A DNA stretch of 32,000 nucleotides, from contig NZ_JHXR01000019.1 in NCBI RefSeq assembly GCF_000621645.1, forward strand, positions 30,001-62,000. The letters are read 5' to 3'. The notes below the pieces were generated by a model. That model worked only from the letters and a program-made list of their open reading frames with translations, was not told the DNA's origin and did no database searches. The first letter of the stretch is position 1; every line of letters starts with the position of its first letter. This DNA comes from Vibrio cholerae ATCC 14035. GTDB lineage: Bacteria > Pseudomonadota > Gammaproteobacteria > Enterobacterales > Vibrionaceae. A program made the translations under genes and the position numbers. Shown piece by piece: positions 19,459 to 31,070 of this stretch.

Positions 19459-19815
19459 TTGAGTACGTACGCATTCAATCGGGAGTTACGTTTGTTAACT
19501 CCCGAACATTATCAAAAAGTCTTCCAGCAAGCTCACAGTGCTGGTTCTCCTCATCTCACAATCATCGCTCGCGCTAATAACCTTTCTCATCCTCGTTTGG
19601 GACTCGCGGTTCCTAAAAAGCAGATCAAAACTGCCGTCGGCCGTAATCGATTCAAACGTATTTGCAGAGAAAGCTTTCGCTTACATCAAAATCAACTGGC
19701 TAACAAAGATTTTGTTGTCATCGCCAAAAAGAGCGCGCAAGATTTGAGCAATGAAGAACTGTTTAACTTGCTTGGCAAACTATGGCAACGCCTCTCTCGC
19801 CCTTCTCGTGGTTAG
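19459..19815 (+). CDS. rnpA: Ribonuclease P protein component
   Basis: TTG start 12 nt after rpm[19 protein letters not shown] parallels E. coli [18 protein letters not shown]. The product is a basic 118-aa protein. Confidence 0.92.
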   Translation: MSTYAFNRELRLLTPEHYQKVFQQAHSAGSPHLTIIARANNLSHPRLGLAVPKKQIKTAVGRNRFKRICRESFRLHQNQLANKDFVVIAKKSAQDLSNEELFNLLGKLWQRLSRPSRG

Positions 19816-20039
19816 CCATTGGTATTGTAAAACTTTACCAGTGGTTTATTAGTCCACTTATCGGCCCACGCTGCCGATTCACTCCTACTTGTTCCACGTA
19901 TGCGATAGAAGCGCTGCGAGCTCACGGTTTTATAAAAGGATGTTGGTTATCCACCAAACGTCTATTAAAATGCCACCCTTTGAACGAAGGGGGCTTTGAC
20001 CCCGTTCCACCAGTCCAAAAACAAGACAGAGATAAATAA
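19782..20039 (+). CDS. yidD: Membrane protein insertion efficiency factor YidD
   Basis: The 85-aa product carries the YidD signature [26 protein letters not shown]...[17 protein letters not shown]. It overlaps the rnpA 3' end by 34 nt. Confidence 0.9.
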   Translation: MATPLSPFSWLAIGIVKLYQWFISPLIGPRCRFTPTCSTYAIEALRAHGFIKGCWLSTKRLLKCHPLNEGGFDPVPPVQKQDRDK

Positions 20040-20041
20040 CG

Positions 20042-21667
20042 ATGGATTCTCAACGTAATATCTTGTTAATCGCTCTGGCGCTGGTTTCTTTCCTACTGTT
20101 TCAACAATGGCAAGTAGCGAAGAACCCTGCACCGCAAGCGACACAGCAGGCCCAATCCACAGGCGCAGCTCCTGCTCCTTCATTTTCCGATGAGTTAGAT
20201 CCAACGCCTGCACAAAATGTGGCGGCGAAGGCCAAGACCATTACCGTCTCAACCGATGTACTGACTCTGTCTATTGATACGCTCGGCGGCGATGTGGTTA
20301 GCGCAAAACTGAATCAATACTCAGAAGAGCTCAATTCGCCTGAGTCTTTTGTCTTGTTGCAAAACACCCAAGGCCATCAGTTTATTGCTCAAAGTGGTTT
20401 AGTCGGCCCACAAGGCATTGACGTCACTAGCAATAATCGTCCCGCTTACCAAGTGAGTGCCGATAGTTTCACTCTGGCCGAAGGCCAAGATGAACTGCGC
20501 ATTCCTATGACCTATCAAGCCAATGGCATTGACTACACGAAAACCTTCATTCTTAAGCGTGGTAGCTACGCCGTGGATGTGGTGTTTGACGTCGCCAATA
20601 ACTCAGGTAGCGAAGCCACACTAGGTATGTATGCTCACCTGCGCCAAAATCTGCTGGATTCTGGTGGCAACCTCGCCATGCCAACTTACCGTGGTGGTGC
20701 TTACTCAACCAGCGATGTGCGTTACAAGAAGTACAGCTTCGACGACATGAAAGATCGCAACCTCAGTGCACCAAACGATGTGACGGTAAACTGGGTCGCG
20801 ATGATCCAGCACTACTTCGCTTCAGCATGGATCCCACGTGATGAGCCGCAAGCACAGCTTTACTCACGCGTTATCAATAATTTAGGTGATATGGGTATCC
20901 GTACACCAAACAAAACCATTGCCAACGGTGATAAAGCAGAGTTTGAAGCAACCTTATGGGTAGGCCCAAAACTGCAAGACCAAATGGCTGCAACAGCGCC
21001 TAATCTTGATCTGGTGGTTGATTATGGTTGGTTGTGGTTCATTGCTAAGCCACTGCACTGGTTGCTGTCTGTGATTCAGACCTTTGTTGGCAACTGGGGT
21101 GTGGCCATCATCTGCTTAACCTTTATTGTTCGTGGTGCGATGTACCCACTGACCAAAGCACAGTACACCTCAATGGCGAAAATGCGCATGCTGCAACCAA
21201 AACTGCAAGCGATGCGTGAGCGGATTGGCGATGATCGCCAGCGCATGAGCCAAGAGATGATGGAGCTGTATAAGAAAGAGAAAGTAAACCCACTGGGTGG
21301 CTGTCTCCCTATCCTTCTGCAAATGCCGATTTTCATTGCGCTGTACTGGGCACTGATGGAGTCGGTAGAGCTGCGTCACTCTCCATTCTTTGGTTGGATT
21401 CATGACTTGTCCGCGCAAGATCCTTACTACATCTTGCCACTGCTGATGGGTGCGAGCATGTTCGTTATCCAGAAGATGAGCCCGACCACGATCACCGATC
21501 CAATGCAACAGAAGATCATGACCTTCATGCCAGTGATGTTCACTTTCTTCTTCCTGTGGTTCCCATCAGGCTTGGTTCTGTACTGGTTGGTGTCGAACAT
21601 CGTAACGCTCATCCAGCAAACGCTGATCTACAAAGCGCTAGAGAAAAAAGGCTTACACTCCAAGTAA
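20042..21667 (+). CDS. yidC: Membrane protein insertase YidC
   Basis: The 541-aa product has an N-terminal TM, a large periplasmic domain and a conserved C-terminal core ([55 protein letters not shown]). Confidence 0.95.
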   Translation: MDSQRNILLIALALVSFLLFQQWQVAKNPAPQATQQAQSTGAAPAPSFSDELDPTPAQNVAAKAKTITVSTDVLTLSIDTLGGDVVSAKLNQYSEELNSPESFVLLQNTQGHQFIAQSGLVGPQGIDVTSNNRPAYQVSADSFTLAEGQDELRIPMTYQANGIDYTKTFILKRGSYAVDVVFDVANNSGSEATLGMYAHLRQNLLDSGGNLAMPTYRGGAYSTSDVRYKKYSFDDMKDRNLSAPNDVTVNWVAMIQHYFASAWIPRDEPQAQLYSRVINNLGDMGIRTPNKTIANGDKAEFEATLWVGPKLQDQMAATAPNLDLVVDYGWLWFIAKPLHWLLSVIQTFVGNWGVAIICLTFIVRGAMYPLTKAQYTSMAKMRMLQPKLQAMRERIGDDRQRMSQEMMELYKKEKVNPLGGCLPILLQMPIFIALYWALMESVELRHSPFFGWIHDLSAQDPYYILPLLMGASMFVIQKMSPTTITDPMQQKIMTFMPVMFTFFFLWFPSGLVLYWLVSNIVTLIQQTLIYKALEKKGLHSK

Positions 21668-21686
21668 GTTTGATTGAGTAATAAAG

Positions 21687-21711
21687 AGGCGGCCAAAAGG
21701 TCGCCTTTTTG
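21687..21711 (+). terminator. Hairpin terminator/attenuator after yidC
   Basis: Stem aggcggcc pairs with ggtcgcct (one G-U pair) around loop aaaa, with tail ttttt. Confidence 0.65.
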
Positions 21712-21760
21712 TTGGCTGCTGATTACAATGGCGCTAATTCAATCCTGTTCAGGTAACACT

Positions 21761-23122
21761 ATGACAACAGATACCATTGTCGCGCAAGCTACGGCACTCG
21801 GCCGTGGTGGTGTCGGCATTATCCGTGTATCAGGCCCACTGGCTGCCCACGTCGCGCAGACAGTCACTGGACGCACGCTCAGACCCCGCTATGCCGAATA
21901 CTTGCCTTTCACCGATGAAGATGGCCAACAGCTCGATCAAGGCATTGCGCTGTTTTTCCCCAATCCTCATTCATTTACCGGTGAAGATGTGCTTGAGCTG
22001 CAAGGTCACGGTGGCCCGGTCGTCATGGATATGCTGATCCGCCGTATTTTGCAGATTAAAGGAGTGCGCCCAGCCCGTCCCGGTGAATTCTCAGAACGCG
22101 CTTTCCTCAATGACAAGATGGATTTAACCCAAGCGGAAGCCATCGCAGACCTGATTGATGCCAGCTCTGAGCAAGCCGCGAAATCCGCGCTGCAATCACT
22201 GCAAGGCGAGTTTTCTAAACGCATCCATACCTTGGTGGAATCGCTGATTCACCTGCGCATCTATGTTGAAGCCGCAATTGATTTCCCAGAAGAAGAGATC
22301 GATTTTCTGGCCGATGGTAAGGTTTCCGCTGATCTGCAAACCATCATAGATAATCTTGCCGCAGTGCGCCGTGAAGCCAACCAAGGTGCCATTATGCGCG
22401 AAGGGATGAAGGTGGTGATTGCTGGGCGTCCTAACGCGGGTAAATCGAGCCTACTCAATGCGCTTTCGGGGAAAGAGTCTGCCATCGTCACCGACATTGC
22501 CGGTACCACCCGTGATGTTCTGCGTGAGCATATCCATATTGATGGGATGCCGCTGCACATCATCGATACCGCGGGACTACGAGACGCTTCTGATGCGGTA
22601 GAAAAAATTGGTATTGAGCGCGCGTGGGAAGAGATCCGCCAAGCCGATCGCGTACTGTTTATGGTCGATGGCACCACCACAGAGGCCACCGATCCACAGG
22701 ACATCTGGCCTGACTTTGTTGACAAACTGCCAGAGAATATTGGGATCACTGTGATCCGTAATAAAGCCGATCAAACCGGTGAACCACTTGGGATCTGCCA
22801 TGTTAATCAACCCACCTTGATCCGCCTATCAGCCAAAACAGGCCAAGGGGTCGATGCCTTGCGTCAGCACCTCAAAGAGTGCATGGGTTTTTCAGGCAAT
22901 CAGGAAGGTGGCTTCATGGCACGCCGCCGTCATCTCGATGCCCTAGAGCGAGCCGCAGAGCACTTAGCGATTGGCCAGCAACAACTTGAAGGCTATATGG
23001 CCGGAGAAATCCTCGCCGAAGAGCTGCGTATAGCCCAGCAACACCTTAACGAAATTACGGGCGAGTTCAGCTCCGATGATCTGCTTGGCCGCATTTTTTC
23101 ATCATTCTGTATTGGGAAATAG
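21761..23122 (+). CDS. mnmE: tRNA modification GTPase MnmE (TrmE/ThdF)
   Basis: I trimmed the start to the ATG at 21761 ([25 protein letters not shown]), giving 453 aa. G-domain motifs GRPNAGKSS and DTAG are present, as is the C-terminal FCIGK. Confidence 0.95.
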   Translation: MTTDTIVAQATALGRGGVGIIRVSGPLAAHVAQTVTGRTLRPRYAEYLPFTDEDGQQLDQGIALFFPNPHSFTGEDVLELQGHGGPVVMDMLIRRILQIKGVRPARPGEFSERAFLNDKMDLTQAEAIADLIDASSEQAAKSALQSLQGEFSKRIHTLVESLIHLRIYVEAAIDFPEEEIDFLADGKVSADLQTIIDNLAAVRREANQGAIMREGMKVVIAGRPNAGKSSLLNALSGKESAIVTDIAGTTRDVLREHIHIDGMPLHIIDTAGLRDASDAVEKIGIERAWEEIRQADRVLFMVDGTTTEATDPQDIWPDFVDKLPENIGITVIRNKADQTGEPLGICHVNQPTLIRLSAKTGQGVDALRQHLKECMGFSGNQEGGFMARRRHLDALERAAEHLAIGQQQLEGYMAGEILAEELRIAQQHLNEITGEFSSDDLLGRIFSSFCIGK

Positions 23123-23566
<444 letters not shown>

Positions 23567-23585
23567 ATAATGACCTATTCCATGC

Positions 23586-23613
23586 AGAGCGGCTTAATGC
23601 CGCTCTTTTTTTT
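23586..23613 (+). terminator. Strong rho-independent terminator between mioC and oriC
   Basis: Stem agagcggc (23586-23593) pairs with gccgctct (23599-23606) around loop ttaat, followed by a run of 8 T. Confidence 0.85.
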
Positions 23614-23617
23614 GGAT

Positions 23618-23626
23618 TGTGGATAA
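23618..23626 (-). promoter_or_regulatory. DnaA box (TTATCCACA, perfect)
   Basis: The plus strand reads tgtggataa. Confidence 0.85.
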
Positions 23627-23675
23627 ATTTAACGGTAGTGAAAAAATTGATTGATGCTTTTTCAATCAAATCTCA

Positions 23676-23684
23676 TGTGGATAA
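23676..23684 (-). promoter_or_regulatory. DnaA box (TTATCCACA, perfect; R4-like)
   Basis: The plus strand reads tgtggataa. Confidence 0.85.
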
Positions 23685-23714
23685 CTATACGATTATCCGG
23701 TGATCTTCCTATAG

Positions 23715-23723
23715 TTATCCATA
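23715..23723 (+). promoter_or_regulatory. DnaA box (TTATCCATA, 1 mismatch; R3-like)
   Basis: The plus strand reads ttatccata. Confidence 0.65.
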
Positions 23724-23749
23724 TAACAAGTTTTAGATCCCAAGGTGGC

Positions 23750-23758
23750 TGTGTATAA
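23750..23758 (-). promoter_or_regulatory. DnaA box (TTATACACA; identical to E. coli R2)
   Basis: The plus strand reads tgtgtataa. Confidence 0.8.
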
Positions 23759-23855
23759 CATAGGTTTTTGATCCCAGCTAATCCTTGAACAGATCAGTGG
23801 TTGATCACACGATCTGATCCTTCTGAATCGCATGATCTTGTTGATCATTTTTCAC

Positions 23856-23864
23856 TTATCCACA
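23856..23864 (+). promoter_or_regulatory. DnaA box (TTATCCACA, perfect; R1-like, adjacent to the DUE)
   Basis: The plus strand reads ttatccaca, followed by aagatc and the AT-rich region. Confidence 0.85.
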
Positions 23865-23877
23865 AAGATCCTGCTCC

Positions 23878-23932
23878 TTAATAGTAGCTCTAATAAAAAG
23901 ATCTCTATATAGATCTTTATATATATTTAATG
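23878..23932. other. DNA unwinding element (AT-rich 13-mer region) of oriC
   Basis: The sequence is ttaatagtagctctaataaaaaGATCTctatataGATCTttatatatatttaat. The two GATCT-initiated AT-rich 13-mers resemble the E. coli GATCTnTTTATTT repeats. Confidence 0.8.
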
Positions 23933-24040
23933 ACCCTCCTTGATCGAAAAAACAGGAAAGCGATTTTCTAGCCAACCGAAAGAGGTTAGAATACGCCTCT
24001 TTTGTTAACCCATAGTCTCGATGAATACCTGAGGTCGTTC

Positions 24041-25936
24041 ATGCTTTATCACGAAACATTTGACGTCATTGTGGTTGGTGGCGGTCACGCAGGAACGGAA
24101 GCCGCTCTCGCTGCAGCACGTACAGGACAGCGTACGTTACTTCTTACCCACAATATTGACACCCTAGGCCAAATGTCCTGTAACCCTGCCATTGGTGGGA
24201 TCGGTAAAGGTCATTTAGTCAAAGAAGTGGATGCAATGGGCGGTTTGATGGCGCAAGCTATCGATCACGCAGGTATTCAATTTCGTACACTGAACGCTTC
24301 AAAAGGGCCAGCCGTGCGTGCAACTCGTGCACAAGCCGATCGTGCTCTGTACAAAGCCTATGTGCGTAATGTGTTAGAAAACACCCCGAATCTCACCCTG
24401 TTCCAACAAGCGGTAGATGATGTGATCGTCGAGCATGATCATATTCGTGGTGTTGTGACTCAGATGGGCCTGAAATTTCATGCCAAAGCGGTAGTGTTAA
24501 CCGTCGGGACTTTCCTTGGCGGTAAGATCCATATCGGCCTTGAAAACTATGCTGGGGGTCGTGCTGGGGATCCACCATCGATCGCTTTGGCGCACCGACT
24601 GCGTGAACTGCCATTTCGTGTTGATCGCTTAAAAACCGGCACACCACCACGTATCGATGCCAATAGCGTTGATTTCTCGGTATTGGAAGCGCAGCACGGT
24701 GATAATCCGACCCCAGTTTTTTCCTTCATGGGCAAGCGTGAGCACCATCCACGCCAAATTCCGTGTTACATCACGCACACCAATGAGCGCACCCATGATG
24801 TGATCCGCGCTAACCTTGATCGCAGCCCTATGTATGCCGGGATCATCGAAGGGATCGGCCCGCGTTACTGTCCATCGATCGAAGATAAAGTGATGCGTTT
24901 TGCCGATAAAGACAGTCACCAAATTTTTATTGAGCCAGAGGGTTTAACCACCACTGAACTCTATCCGAACGGCATTTCCACCAGCTTGCCATTTGACGTG
25001 CAAGTGCAGATCGTACGTTCAATGAAAGGTTTTGAGAACGCACATATCGTTCGTCCGGGTTACGCGATTGAATACGACTTCTTCGATCCACGTGATTTGA
25101 AGCAAACGTATGAAACCAAATATATCCATGGTTTGTTCTTTGCAGGACAAATCAACGGTACTACAGGTTACGAAGAAGCCGCTGCGCAAGGCTTGATGGC
25201 GGGTCTGAACGCCAGCTTGTACAGCCAAGACAAAGAAGGCTGGAGTCCACGTCGCGATCAGGCGTACATGGGCGTGTTGATCGACGATCTTTCGACCATG
25301 GGCACTAAAGAACCTTACCGTATGTTCACTTCGCGTGCGGAATATCGTCTGCTGCTGCGTGAAGACAACGCTGATCTGCGTTTGACCGAAAAAGCGCGTG
25401 AGCTTGGCCTTGTGGATGATGCGCGTTGGGCACGTTTCAACCAAAAAATCGACAACATGGCCAAAGAGCGTCAACGCTTACAAGAAACTTGGATGAATCC
25501 AAACTCGGTTGGCGTCGAACAGCTCAATACCCTGCTGAAAACGCCGATGTCGCGTGAAGCCAGTGGTGAAGACTTACTGCGTCGCCCTGAAATGACCTAT
25601 GAGCTGCTGACCACTTTGCCGGCTTTTGCCCCTGCTTTGGAAGATGCAGAAGCCGCCGAACAGGTAGAGATTCAAGTTAAATACGATGGCTACATTCAGC
25701 GCCAGCAAGATGAAATTGAAAAATCGCTGCGCCATGAACATACCAAGCTGCCAGCTGAGCTTGATTATAAGCAAGTCAAAGGTCTTTCAAACGAGGTGGT
25801 ATTGAAGCTCAATGCGGCTAAACCAGAAACCATTGGAATTGCATCACGTATTTCAGGTATCACGCCTGCGGCGATTTCTATTTTGCTGGTTCACCTGAAA
25901 AAACACGGCATGCTGAAAAAGGGAGAAGCGGCGTAA
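24041..25936 (+). CDS. mnmG: tRNA uridine 5-carboxymethylaminomethyl modification enzyme MnmG (GidA)
   Basis: I trimmed the start to the ATG at 24041 (SD GAGG upstream). [27 protein letters not shown] parallels E. coli [27 protein letters not shown]. The product is 631 aa. Confidence 0.96.
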   Translation: MLYHETFDVIVVGGGHAGTEAALAAARTGQRTLLLTHNIDTLGQMSCNPAIGGIGKGHLVKEVDAMGGLMAQAIDHAGIQFRTLNASKGPAVRATRAQADRALYKAYVRNVLENTPNLTLFQQAVDDVIVEHDHIRGVVTQMGLKFHAKAVVLTVGTFLGGKIHIGLENYAGGRAGDPPSIALAHRLRELPFRVDRLKTGTPPRIDANSVDFSVLEAQHGDNPTPVFSFMGKREHHPRQIPCYITHTNERTHDVIRANLDRSPMYAGIIEGIGPRYCPSIEDKVMRFADKDSHQIFIEPEGLTTTELYPNGISTSLPFDVQVQIVRSMKGFENAHIVRPGYAIEYDFFDPRDLKQTYETKYIHGLFFAGQINGTTGYEEAAAQGLMAGLNASLYSQDKEGWSPRRDQAYMGVLIDDLSTMGTKEPYRMFTSRAEYRLLLREDNADLRLTEKARELGLVDDARWARFNQKIDNMAKERQRLQETWMNPNSVGVEQLNTLLKTPMSREASGEDLLRRPEMTYELLTTLPAFAPALEDAEAAEQVEIQVKYDGYIQRQQDEIEKSLRHEHTKLPAELDYKQVKGLSNEVVLKLNAAKPETIGIASRISGITPAAISILLVHLKKHGMLKKGEAA

Positions 25937-26568
25937 TGAATCCGTTACGAGTCAAACTCGACGCCTTGATCAGCAAAACCAGCTTAACGGTGACAGAGCA
26001 GCAACGTGAGCAGCTCGTTGGGTATGTGCAGCTGCTCGACAAATGGAACAAAGCTTATAACCTCACTTCCGTGCGGGATCCGATGGAAATGTTGGTGAAA
26101 CACATTCTTGATAGTTTGGTGGTCAGTCCGCATCTTGTCGGTGAGCGCTTTATTGATGTGGGTTCTGGGCCTGGATTGCCTGGTATTCCGCTTGCGATCA
26201 TGCACCCAGATAAAGAGTTTGTGCTGCTCGATAGTCTTGGTAAACGGATCCGTTTTCTAAAACAGGTGATCCACGATCTCAAGATCAACAATGTGTTACC
26301 CGTGCAGAGTCGAGTGGAAGAGTTTGATCCTGAATCCGGTTTTGATGGCGTATTAAGTCGCGCTTTTGCGTCGATGACCGACATGGTCAACTGGTGTCAG
26401 CATCTACCAAAACCGAATGCTGGGGTATTTTTAGCCCTCAAAGGAGTACGGCCTGATGATGAAATCACCCTACTCCCTGAGTGGTGTTCTGTGACCGATA
26501 TCAAAGCTTTGCAAGTTCCTGAGTTGGAAGGTGAGCGTCATCTTGTAATCTTATCGCGCAAGGGATAA
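25936..26568 (+). CDS. rsmG: 16S rRNA (guanine527-N7)-methyltransferase RsmG (GidB)
   Basis: The start overlaps the mnmG stop (TAATG). The 210-aa product has [22 protein letters not shown] and the SAM motif [15 protein letters not shown]. Confidence 0.94.
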   Translation: MNPLRVKLDALISKTSLTVTEQQREQLVGYVQLLDKWNKAYNLTSVRDPMEMLVKHILDSLVVSPHLVGERFIDVGSGPGLPGIPLAIMHPDKEFVLLDSLGKRIRFLKQVIHDLKINNVLPVQSRVEEFDPESGFDGVLSRAFASMTDMVNWCQHLPKPNAGVFLALKGVRPDDEITLLPEWCSVTDIKALQVPELEGERHLVILSRKG

Positions 26569-26582
26569 CAGCGAGGCATACC

Positions 26583-27356
26583 GTGGGTAAAATCGTAGCA
26601 ATCGCCAATCAGAAAGGCGGAGTTGGGAAAACAACAACTTGTATCAATCTGGCCGCCTCTATGGCCGCCACCAAACGTAAAGTACTGGTGGTCGATCTTG
26701 ACCCACAAGGTAATGCCACTATGGCTAGTGGCGTCGATAAATATCAGGTTGACTCCACGGCTTATGAGCTTTTGGTTGAAGATGCGCCGTTTGACCAAGT
26801 GGTATGTCGCAAAACCACTGGTCACTATGACTTGATTGCCGCCAATGGCGATGTCACTGCGGCTGAAATCAAACTGATGGAAGTGTTTGCCCGTGAAGTG
26901 CGCTTGAAAAACGCACTCGCCTCAGTGCGTGATAACTATGATTTCATCTTTATTGATTGTCCGCCTTCTTTAAACCTTCTTACAATCAACGCCATGGCAG
27001 CCGCCGATTCCGTGTTGGTTCCTATGCAATGTGAGTATTTTGCGTTGGAAGGCTTAACCGCGTTAATGGATACGATCAGCAAACTGGCCGCCGTGGTTAA
27101 CGATAACCTCAAAATTGAAGGTATCTTGCGTACCATGTACGACCCACGTAACCGCTTGGCCAATGAAGTTTCTGATCAATTGAAAAAGCACTTTGGTAGT
27201 AAAGTGTATCGTACGGTTATTCCACGTAATGTCCGACTGGCCGAAGCGCCAAGTCATGGTAAACCAGCGATGTATTACGATAAGCAATCGGCCGGGGCTA
27301 AGGCCTATTTAGCGTTAGCTGGTGAGATGTTACGTCGCGAAGAGATTCCCGCATAA
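26583..27356 (+). CDS. parA: Chromosome partitioning ATPase ParA (Soj)
   Basis: GTG start. The product has the deviant Walker A KGGVGKTTT and 257 aa, in the canonical gidB-parA-parB arrangement. Confidence 0.94.
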   Translation: MGKIVAIANQKGGVGKTTTCINLAASMAATKRKVLVVDLDPQGNATMASGVDKYQVDSTAYELLVEDAPFDQVVCRKTTGHYDLIAANGDVTAAEIKLMEVFAREVRLKNALASVRDNYDFIFIDCPPSLNLLTINAMAAADSVLVPMQCEYFALEGLTALMDTISKLAAVVNDNLKIEGILRTMYDPRNRLANEVSDQLKKHFGSKVYRTVIPRNVRLAEAPSHGKPAMYYDKQSAGAKAYLALAGEMLRREEIPA

Positions 27357-27382
27357 AACAACAACTATAGGAATTCGTTTAC

Positions 27383-28264
27383 ATGACTAAACGTGGTTTA
27401 GGAAAAGGGCTGGATGCACTACTCGCGACCAGTTCATTGGCTCGCGAAAAGCAGCAAGTTGCTTCACTCAGTCAGTCGATGTCGGCGGAAGGTGAGTTGG
27501 CGGATCTTTCCATCTCTAATCTCAAGCCCGGTATTTATCAGCCACGTAAAGATCTTTCCCCAGAAGCTCTGGAAGAGTTGGCGGCATCCATTCAGTCTCA
27601 AGGTATTATCCAGCCGATTGTCGTGCGTCATCTGCCCACCGGAGGATATGAGATCATTGCGGGGGAACGTCGTTGGCGTGCCGCCAAACAAGCGGGGTTA
27701 AAGCAAGTGCCCTGTTTGATCAAGCAAGTGGAAGATCGTGGTGCGATCGCCATGGCATTGATCGAGAACATTCAGCGCGAAGATCTGAATGCGATGGAAG
27801 AGGCACAAGCGCTAGAGCGTTTACAAAACGAATTTAATCTTACCCATCAGCAGGTTGCGGAAGTGATCGGCAAGTCACGCACGACTGTGACCAATCTGCT
27901 GCGTTTGAACCAATTGAGCGATGACGTAAAGCGCTTATTGGAGACCAAACAGTTGGAAATGGGCCATGCTCGTGCTCTTCTGATGTTAGAAGGTGAACAG
28001 CAAGTGGAAATTGCGCAGCAAGTGGCGAAGAAGCAACTGACCGTTCGTCAAACTGAGCAACTTGTAAAAAAATGTTTATCTGACCCATCTGACGCAAAAA
28101 ACGTGTCAGAAGACCTAGAAATACAACAATTGTCACAAAATTTAAGTGAGAAATTAGCAGCAAAAGTCTCTATAGTGAGAACCCCAAACGGTAAATCGAA
28201 AGTGACGATTAGTCTTGATGAGCCTCACAAATTAGAGCTACTGATTGCCAAGCTGCAAAACTAA
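27383..28264 (+). CDS. parB: Chromosome partitioning protein ParB (Spo0J)
   Basis: The 293-aa product has MTKRGLGKGLDALL, the ParB box GERRWRAA and an HTH (LTHQQVAEVIGKSRTTVTNLLRL). Confidence 0.94.
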   Translation: MTKRGLGKGLDALLATSSLAREKQQVASLSQSMSAEGELADLSISNLKPGIYQPRKDLSPEALEELAASIQSQGIIQPIVVRHLPTGGYEIIAGERRWRAAKQAGLKQVPCLIKQVEDRGAIAMALIENIQREDLNAMEEAQALERLQNEFNLTHQQVAEVIGKSRTTVTNLLRLNQLSDDVKRLLETKQLEMGHARALLMLEGEQQVEIAQQVAKKQLTVRQTEQLVKKCLSDPSDAKNVSEDLEIQQLSQNLSEKLAAKVSIVRTPNGKSKVTISLDEPHKLELLIAKLQN

Positions 28265-28271
28265 GTGAGAT

Positions 28272-28289
28272 AATTGATTTAAATCAATT
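28272..28289. repeat. Perfect 18-bp palindrome AATTGATTTAAATCAATT
   Basis: All nine base pairs were checked by hand (a28272 pairs with t28289, through t28280 with a28281). It lies 8 nt after the parB stop and about 75 bp upstream of the atp promoter -35. Confidence 0.9.
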
Positions 28290-28361
28290 GTGGTAAATCA
28301 CATTGTTTATGCGAAAGTTGTCGGATTGTATGCAAAATTGTAACTTTTTGCGGTGTTTTCA

Positions 28362-28389
28362 TTGCAATCAGTTGATGCCACCGTATAAT
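28362..28389 (+). promoter_or_regulatory. Putative sigma70 promoter of the atp operon
   Basis: TTGCAA (28362-28367), a 16-nt spacer, then TATAAT (28384-28389), 65 nt upstream of atpI. Confidence 0.6.
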
Positions 28390-28453
28390 TTTCGCCAATT
28401 TCCCAGTCCGAAAAAGCGGTTCGAGCTGTGGTGATTACTAGAGGTAAGAATAC

Positions 28454-28843
28454 ATGGTAGCTGTGCTAGCGAGGCAAGGACGAGAGCTTGCAAAGCGATT
28501 GTTATTGATCCAGTTCAGTGCAGTTATGGTTGCGGCAGCTGTGTTTGCAGTGGCGGTAAATGGTGATTGGGGGCTTTCAGCCTTAGTCGGTGGTGGCATT
28601 TTTGTCATTGCTAACGCTGTTTTTGCGGGTTGTGCTTTCCTGTTTGCAGGGGCGCGCGCGTTAAAAATGGTCGCCATCTCGTTTTATACGGGTGAAGCGC
28701 TGAAAATTCTCATCACTATCGTCCTGTTTTCCGTTGCCTACATGTATATGCAGTTGGAACTTGTTCCACTGAAGCTAACCTATTTGCTGGCTCTAGGTAT
28801 CAATATCTGTGCGCCAGTGCTATTCATTAACAACAAAAAATAG
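28454..28843 (+). CDS. atpI: F0F1 ATP synthase accessory protein AtpI
   Basis: A 129-aa hydrophobic protein with four helices, located immediately upstream of atpB in the first-gene position of the atp operon. Confidence 0.85.
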   Translation: MVAVLARQGRELAKRLLLIQFSAVMVAAAVFAVAVNGDWGLSALVGGGIFVIANAVFAGCAFLFAGARALKMVAISFYTGEALKILITIVLFSVAYMYMQLELVPLKLTYLLALGINICAPVLFINNKK

Positions 28844-28848
28844 GATGA

Positions 28849-29664
<816 letters not shown>

Positions 29665-29707
29665 TAAATTGAATTTTTAATACCCATTGAATCTTTGGAG
29701 AAATTAG

Positions 29708-29965
<258 letters not shown>

Positions 29966-29979
29966 TCAAGCTTTGTCCT

Positions 29980-30000
29980 GACAAATCGATAAGATTTGTC
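29980..30000 (+). other. Intercistronic stem-loop between atpE and atpF
   Basis: An 8-bp perfect stem gacaaatc pairs with gatttgtc around loop gataa. There is no T-run, so it is not a full terminator. Confidence 0.6.
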
Positions 30001-30038
30001 GTTGATTAACACTAAGTCCACTTTAGGGGGTAGCTGTT

Positions 30039-30509
30039 GTGAATATGAACGCAACTCTGCTAGGTCAAGCAATTTCCTTTGGTATGTTTGTGTGGTTCTG
30101 CATGAAATATGTGTGGCCGCCGATTATCAAAGCGATTGAAGATCGTCAGAAGAAAATTGCTGATGGTTTGCAAGCCGCTGAGCGTGCAAAGAAAGATCTA
30201 GACCTGGCACAAGCTAATGCTTCAGATCAATTGAAAGAAGCAAAACGCACAGCAACTGAGCTCATTGAGCAAGCGAATAAACGTAAAGCACAAATCATCG
30301 ACGAAGCACGTGAGGAAGCTCAGGCAGAACGCCAGAAAATCCTGACTCAAGCCGAAGCGGAGATTGAAGCAGAACGTAACCGTGCTCGCGATGAGCTGCG
30401 TAAACAGGTTGCAACTCTGGCAATTGCTGGTGCTGAGAAAATTCTTGAGCGTTCAATCGATAAAGATACGCACAAAGATATTCTCGACAACATTACTGCA
30501 AAACTTTAA
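30039..30509 (+). CDS. atpF: F0F1 ATP synthase subunit b
   Basis: GTG start. [29 protein letters not shown] parallels E. coli [29 protein letters not shown]. The product is 156 aa. Confidence 0.96.
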   Translation: MNMNATLLGQAISFGMFVWFCMKYVWPPIIKAIEDRQKKIADGLQAAERAKKDLDLAQANASDQLKEAKRTATELIEQANKRKAQIIDEAREEAQAERQKILTQAEAEIEAERNRARDELRKQVATLAIAGAEKILERSIDKDTHKDILDNITAKL

Positions 30510-30523
30510 CGGAGGGGGCGCAT

Positions 30524-31057
30524 ATGTCGGATTTGACTACAATCGCACGCCCCTACGCTAAAGCAGCCTTTGATTTTGCGGTAGAAAAACAGCAACTTGG
30601 CCATTGGAGCCAGATGCTTGCTTTCACCGCTGAAGTCGCAAAAAACGAACAAATGCACGAGCTGTTAACCAGCTCGGGCTCAGCTAATAAATTGGCTGAG
30701 ATTTTTATTGCAGTTTGTGGCGAACAGCTTGATGGTCATGGCCAAAACCTGATTAAGGTAATGGCAGAAAATGGTCGTCTGTTGGCGATTCCTGCGCTTT
30801 ATGAGCACTTTGCTGTGCTAAAGCAGGAACATGAGAAGAAAGTAGATGTGGAAGTGATTTCCGCTACTGAACTCAGTGAACAACAGCGTTCAGAAATTGG
30901 CAGCAAGCTTGAGCAGCGTTTAGAGCGCAAAGTTCAGCTGAATTGCAGTGTAGATGAGACTCTGCTTGGCGGAGTTATTATTCGAGCCGGAGACTTAGTC
31001 ATCGATAACTCAGCACGCGGACGTTTGAAGCGTCTGAGCGATGCATTGCAGTCTTGA
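30524..31057 (+). CDS. atpH: F0F1 ATP synthase subunit delta
   Basis: The 177-aa product has [14 protein letters not shown] at the N-terminus and [21 protein letters not shown] at the C-terminus (OSCP family). Confidence 0.95.
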   Translation: MSDLTTIARPYAKAAFDFAVEKQQLGHWSQMLAFTAEVAKNEQMHELLTSSGSANKLAEIFIAVCGEQLDGHGQNLIKVMAENGRLLAIPALYEHFAVLKQEHEKKVDVEVISATELSEQQRSEIGSKLEQRLERKVQLNCSVDETLLGGVIIRAGDLVIDNSARGRLKRLSDALQS

Positions 31058-31070
31058 TGGGGATTGGAGC

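Larger units (their letters stand above)
23614..23945. other. oriC: Chromosomal replication origin (oriC of chromosome 1)
   Basis: The region lies between mioC and mnmG(gidA). It has five DnaA boxes (three perfect TTATCCACA, one TTATACACA, one TTATCCATA). Thirteen GATC sites fall in about 245 bp (23702-23945). An AT-rich unwinding region with GATCT-led 13-mers lies next to the gidA-proximal box. Confidence 0.92.

Noticed and set aside
26583-28264. Looked for the parS centromere (TGTTTCACGTGAAACA-type) near parAB and across the window
   Set aside because: Only half-site fragments were found by eye, e.g. cgtgaaaca at 16947-16955 inside the SBP gene and acgtgaaatg at 12882-12891. No 16-bp palindrome is present. 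The parS sites are presumably outside this window, and a pattern search allowing two mismatches would be needed to be sure.
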